A program made the position numbers and the translations under genes. A DNA stretch of 64,000 nucleotides from Eledone cirrhosa. Taxonomy: Eukaryota. Positions 62,309 through 64,000 of this stretch are shown here, piece by piece; position 1 is the stretch's first letter, and each line of letters begins with the position of its first letter. The stretch lies in contig OZ024742.1 of NCBI GenBank assembly GCA_964016885.1, forward strand, positions 7,192,001-7,256,000, read 5' to 3'. The notes beneath the pieces are model-generated. The model saw only the letters and a program-made list of their open reading frames with translations, was not told the DNA's origin and searched no databases.

Positions 62309-62382
62309 GTTGTCTGACGATGTCGCGGCACTGGCGCACGGAACAGTGTGGCCACTGTCGCCATTGAAATATATATCACAGC
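62309..62382 (+). ncRNA. Minimal type I hammerhead ribozyme, CUGACGA core (copy 1)
   Basis: gttgt CTGACGA [stem II] GAAA tatat ATC acagc. Palindromic ATATATAT stem III. Predicted cut after 62377. Confidence 0.75.
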
Positions 62383-63615
62383 ATTATTATTAAAGGACTT
62401 GAACACCTGAAACTACTTCGCTTTTCTTTATTCGATATTTACTCCGTCACTCATATGTGGAAAAAGTACGTTGAGTGCTTGAATTGAATTGCATCAATGT
62501 TTACCCTAAGAATTTAGCTCGAATTAGTTGAGCGCTCTATGATGTAACCGACATAGTGGAGAAGAGAGCAACCAGCCACCAGCTACACCCGGAAATCCCC
62601 TCTACCATGGGGATGGAAATCCCTGATACTGGACGGACATGAAAATAACTTTCGGCAAGATAAATACGCGGAAACAAAACAACGATAAACCCCTATTTTC
62701 CTGCACCAAATTGCATTTTAACAGAAGCCCCTCAATTCAATTTATATATGGAAAAATTGGCAATCATATTAATCATGTATCTCCTATCTCATTTTGCATA
62801 TATGTACTGTATGTATTTTTTGCATTTATTGGATATATTTTTGTGTGTTTTTTCTTTTGGATATTTTATATCTGTGTTTTGTTTTTTTTTGTTCCATGTG
62901 ATGGACATTCTAACTATGTACCCGCCTAACTACAACCTTTCATACTGTAAGTTACCCTCCGTTCTACTGTACGGTACTATCGTTCAGTATGTAGATAATA
63001 TATCTGTAACATTAATACCCTTTCAAAACTTCTTACTTAAACATCTCCCTACGTAGTAGATAGTATAGGTGCACATATTTGTTTACTCACTTCAATCTAG
63101 ATTCTCACTTGTAAATTTTTTTTATTTTTAATTTTTAATTTCTGATTTCTGATTTTCGATTTTTAATTTTTAGTTTTAATTTCCAACTCTCATTCATAAT
63201 TTCCACTGTGAAACTATAATACCTAGAATTAAGTATATTTTCTCTTAGAGGTTGATGGTCAATTATACTGTCCATACTTAATGTGGGGTGATATTGAGAC
63301 CTATTGATACTCACACTCTCCCAACCCCACTGGCTTTCGGCTGACTGCCACTGACGGGGTGACTAGCAGTAAGCTATATATTACAGGCCTGAATAGGTCA
63401 TTGTTTGGTTGAGAGGGGGAACTGCCTAGGCAAATTTCGTTGAACTCTGCGGTAGCTAATGGTCAACTTCCTTCGGACCTGCGCCTGCGCAGACCGGTGG
63501 GGGTGAATTGGTACTTACAAGGGAACGGATGAAGAACCCAAGAGCACACACTTCGTCCGTTCCCATGTCGATTCAATTTGGATTGCCTCGGAAACATAAC
63601 CTTATTATGTAACAA

Positions 63616-63689
63616 GCTGTCTGACGATGTTGCGGTACTCGCACACAGAACAGTGTGGCCACTGTCGCCATTGAAATATATATCACAGC
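63616..63689 (+). ncRNA. Minimal type I hammerhead ribozyme, CUGACGA core (copy 2)
   Basis: gctgt CTGACGA [stem II] GAAA tatat ATC acagc. Stem I pairs perfectly. Predicted cut after 63684. Confidence 0.78.
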
Positions 63690-63849
63690 ATTATTATTAA
63701 AGGACTTCAACATCTGAAACTACTTCGCTTTTCCTTATTCGATATTTACTCCGTCTCTCCTATGTGGAAAAAGTACGTTGAGTGCTTGAATTGAATTGCA
63801 TCAATGTTTACCTTAAGTATATATATATATATATATACAAAAATGTATG

Positions 63850-63945
63850 ACCCCGACGGCAGAGCTCAAGCCGTTTCGACGGCTATTTCTGGACTAAATT
63901 AGAATTTTTAGCCTGGTGAATAAATAGCCGAACTTGTCAAGGGGT
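63850..63945 (-). ncRNA. Type I hammerhead ribozyme, UUGACAA core, in an element running off the window end (same family as 56865-56954)
   Basis: Minus strand: acccc TTGACAA gttcggctattt...aaatagccgtc GAAAC ggc-ttgagctct-gcc GTC ggggt. Confidence 0.85.
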
Positions 63946-64000
63946 ACTTCCTTATATGGGAAGATTGTAGTTGTCAAGAGGATGGTTCAAAATTTGTTGT

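Larger units (their letters stand above)
62041..63817 (+). mobile_element. Non-coding element with two hammerheads 1,307 bp apart plus an inverted 5' arm
   Basis: 62289-62510 is repeated at 63596-63817. 62041-62285 is the reverse complement of ~63446-63741 with the ribozyme core missing. (TA)n lies on both sides. Confidence 0.85.

Overview
Eukaryotic, AT-rich, repeat-saturated DNA with no recognisable host gene. The SINE, RTE and microsatellite landscape looks invertebrate, probably cephalopod (inference from recalled repeat sequences, not a database match). Bases 1-~39,830 are one 33-bp tandem array of about 1,200 units, open at the window start, built from nested multi-kb duplications. Its Thr-coding frame runs in phase into the decayed ORF1 of a Tx1/L1-group non-LTR retrotransposon (~39.8-45.1 kb; ORF1 with CCHC knuckle, ORF2 APE-RT-zinc finger). 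A second 3' end of the same family is stacked on its TATC tail. The remaining 19 kb holds a 35-bp satellite, RTE LINE fragments, tRNA-derived SINEs, a probable Helitron end and a 5'-truncated Penelope-like element (GIY-YIG). Most notably, it holds about six unrelated element families lying in or beside (TA)n tracts, each carrying a hand-folded type I hammerhead ribozyme (8 complete motifs). Five motifs have a UUGANAA core (U3-A8) in place of CUGANGA. The non-coding elements have partial-tandem and/or inverted-end architecture like Penelope pseudo-LTRs or retrozymes. All folds and alignments were made by eye and need computational and biochemical confirmation.
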